This document shows, in pieces, positions 8,808 through 10,544 of a DNA stretch of 10,544 bases (position 1 is its first letter; each line of letters starts with the position of its first letter). The position numbers were made by a program, and so were the translations under genes. Source of the stretch: Azolla caroliniana (taxonomy: Eukaryota; Plantae; Polypodiophyta); contig JBHGNT010001264.1 in NCBI GenBank assembly GCA_043228905.1, positions 1 through 10,544 on the forward strand, given 5' to 3'. The notes below the pieces were generated by a model. The model was not told the DNA's origin. It saw nothing but the letters and a program-made list of their open reading frames with translations, and did no database searches.

Positions 8808-9916
8808 TGTCGTGAAGATCCTTCATTATGTGCGGATCGTGAGGCGGAACCATTAGGGTCTTGGACCGGAAGGATTCGAAGTTTGCACTAACTTTAGCGA
8901 GAAAGTATTTTAGAGAGATTGAGAGAGATTGATATGACGAAAGAGAGATATTGAGATAAAGATTGAACTTTTAACTTTTAGATTTAAGAGAGAAGATACA
9001 TCAACAATTGGATTACAAGTTTCTTATTTTTCCCAAATTTTTCATTAGTTTTCATTTGCTTGATTCCACCACTCTTTTATAGATGCCCCCATGCATATGG
9101 TGCATGTGAGGGTGCAAGACATGCACGTAATGCATGAAATGCATGCTTGCCATGTCATCATCTAAGCTCTCATGTATGAGAATTTACATGTAAAACTATA
9201 ATGATAAAAATATAGCTTTTAAGGAAATGACTTAGCTTAGTGGTAAGTATATTGCTTCTTATCTTGGAGGTGTAAGGTTCAAGCCTTGTTCACATCCCTT
9301 TTAAAACACAAAATACTTCTAGGCTTTTGGTCTTGTATTTACATCGAAAATCTTCAAAACACCATGCACTGCAATCAACCGACCGATCCGTCTGTTCGGT
9401 CTCGTCTGTTCTGACCAGTTCAATCCGATCCTGTCCCGGTCTCGGTCACCGGCTTTGTCCGGTCATCGTCGTCGTCTCTGTCTAGTCGCCATCGGGTTCC
9501 GATCGGCCAAAACCTCTACAAATAGTTAGGCCACACCCATTCATCCAATTAGTTTAGCTTAAGTCACCTTGAACATTCTATGATCCACTCATAGACACAA
9601 AGTAATAGATTTTGGCCCAGCTTATATACTCTAGGATCCTTATTTGTCCTGTCTATGTGGGATATCTCGTAGTTTAGTTTTTTCTCTTCTTCTTCGCAAA
9701 CATCATACCCACATAACTTGCCACTTAGTTGTCCATTTCTTATGTGGTAAAGTACATTCGAAAGCTCTTGAAGACCTCCATCATTTTGTACCAAGATATT
9801 AAACTATTATAAAATAGTATCTTCATTATTATTGTTTTATGTTGTGTGTGAAGAACCACACTCGATTTTGTACATTCCATTCAATTTTCACACCATTGCC
9901 GAAAATCTTCACGACA
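8808..9916 (-). mobile_element. 1109-bp insertion, most likely a solo LTR in antisense orientation
   Basis: Perfect 12-bp terminal inverted repeat TGTCGTGAAGAT...ATCTTCACGACA and 4-bp TSD ACGT (8804-8807, 9917-9920). Removing it restores the integrase frame WLLRR|NVKSTRPC. Minus-strand TATAAAAG at 9081-9074 followed by a CT-rich tract. Confidence 0.85.
9223..9302 (+). other. Degenerate tRNA-derived sequence / Pol III type-2 promoter
   Basis: A box TAGCTTAGTGG (9233-9243), B box GGTTCAAGCC (9276-9285), 32-nt spacer, D-like stem GCTT/AAGT, T-like stem TAAGG/CCTTG, partial acceptor pairing GGAAATG/CACATCC, and T4 at 9299-9302. The anticodon stem does not pair. Confidence 0.6.
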
Positions 9917-9920
9917 ACGT

Positions 9921-10074
9921 AATGTGAAGAGCACTAGGCCTTGTAACAAGCTAGATTATCAACGTCTTGGTCCATATTTAATCACTAAACAGATTAATGA
10001 AGTTGCTTTTCATCTTGATCTCCCTCCTCATATGCATCTTCATCTACTGTTCCATGTCTCACTCTTGGAACCTA
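9921..10074 (+). pseudogene. pol: Gypsy integrase C-terminal GPY/F region (continuation)
   Basis: NVKSTRPCNKLDYQRLGPYLITKQINEVAFHLDLPPHMHLHLLFHVSLLEP; homology stops before the expected chromodomain. Confidence 0.92.
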
Positions 10075-10544
10075 TGAAGGATCTATGTATCGATGGAGTT
10101 AACTCCTTGATGTCGTTTGCGAAGTTCGAACCGGCGTATACCTTTTTGATGGCGAATCGGGCGGAGATGGTGTTGGACATCTCCGAGCCTCACACTCACT
10201 TAACGATTAGTAGATGATTAAGCATGATATCTCTCTCACTTTCTCAAGCTCGCTCTCATAGACAATAGGGTGATGAATGTAGAAAATAAGAGTAATGAAT
10301 ATGTTTATTAACCCTCTTTGCTAAGAGGTCTAGCACCAACAAGGAAGAGAGAATCTTAGTGTTCTCTAACTAAACACCTCACTAATCTCTCTTAAGCTTA
10401 AAGGTTACAAGAAGGAGGAGAGGAAGCTCTAGCTCTTAATCAAGAGGGAGATCTTTACAAATGGGAGAACCCTTATAAAGCCACTATCATGTGGTTTATA
10501 TAGCAGATTTCTTGCATTTGATCGATCATCATGAAGAAGTCCTT
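10075..10544 (-). mobile_element. Probable end of another LTR inserted antisense into the integrase tail (partial)
   Basis: Integrase similarity ends abruptly at a TG (TGAAGGAT, i.e. ...ATCCTTCA on the minus strand). The sequence after it is non-coding, with a minus-strand TATATAAA at 10502-10495. The other end and TSD are outside the window. Confidence 0.55.

Larger units (their letters stand above)
5363..10074 (+). mobile_element. Decayed Ty3/Gypsy chromovirus (Tcn1-like), internal region; no LTRs of its own visible; interrupted at 8808-9916
   Basis: Domain order gag CCHC, PR, RT, RH, INT, GPY/F. The motifs RGPLTEVEKQRRRANHLCLYCG and EINYEIHDKELLAIV are typical of Tcn1/sushi-like chromoviruses. 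Many stops and frameshifts. Confidence 0.93.

Noticed and set aside
9223-9297. Functional tRNA gene (possible Arg-TCT)
   Set aside because: The anticodon stem does not pair, the acceptor stem has mismatches and extra bases, and the T loop is one base short; reported only as tRNA-derived.
10075-10217. C-terminal half of ORF 9924-10217 as a chromodomain
   Set aside because: No chromodomain motifs (e.g. YLVxWxGY, TWE); it is read-through into an inserted element.

Overview
AT-rich, transposon-dense eukaryotic DNA, most likely a non-seed land plant such as a fern (inferred from a Tcn1-like chromovirus, a Copia element with a tRNA-iMet PBS and GT-AG introns). No intact host gene is visible. Left to right: (1) 1-2845, the probable end of a CACTA/En-Spm-like DNA transposon, with a minus-strand promoter and a spliced gene joining a C2H2-like zinc finger to the C-terminal half of a Ulp1/C48 SUMO protease; (2) a compound microsatellite; (3) the degenerate 3' end of an L1-type LINE (minus strand); (4) a 1447-bp internally deleted Ty1/Copia element with two LTRs and a PBS but no PPT and no matching TSD; (5) a decayed Ty3/Gypsy chromovirus (gag end, fossil -1 frameshift, PR-RT-RH-INT). 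The Gypsy integrase tail is interrupted by (6) a 1109-bp TG..CA element with 12-bp terminal inverted repeats, a 4-bp TSD and an internal tRNA-like Pol III A/B-box unit, and by (7) a further probable LTR that runs off the right edge. All calls come from manual reading; no searches were run.
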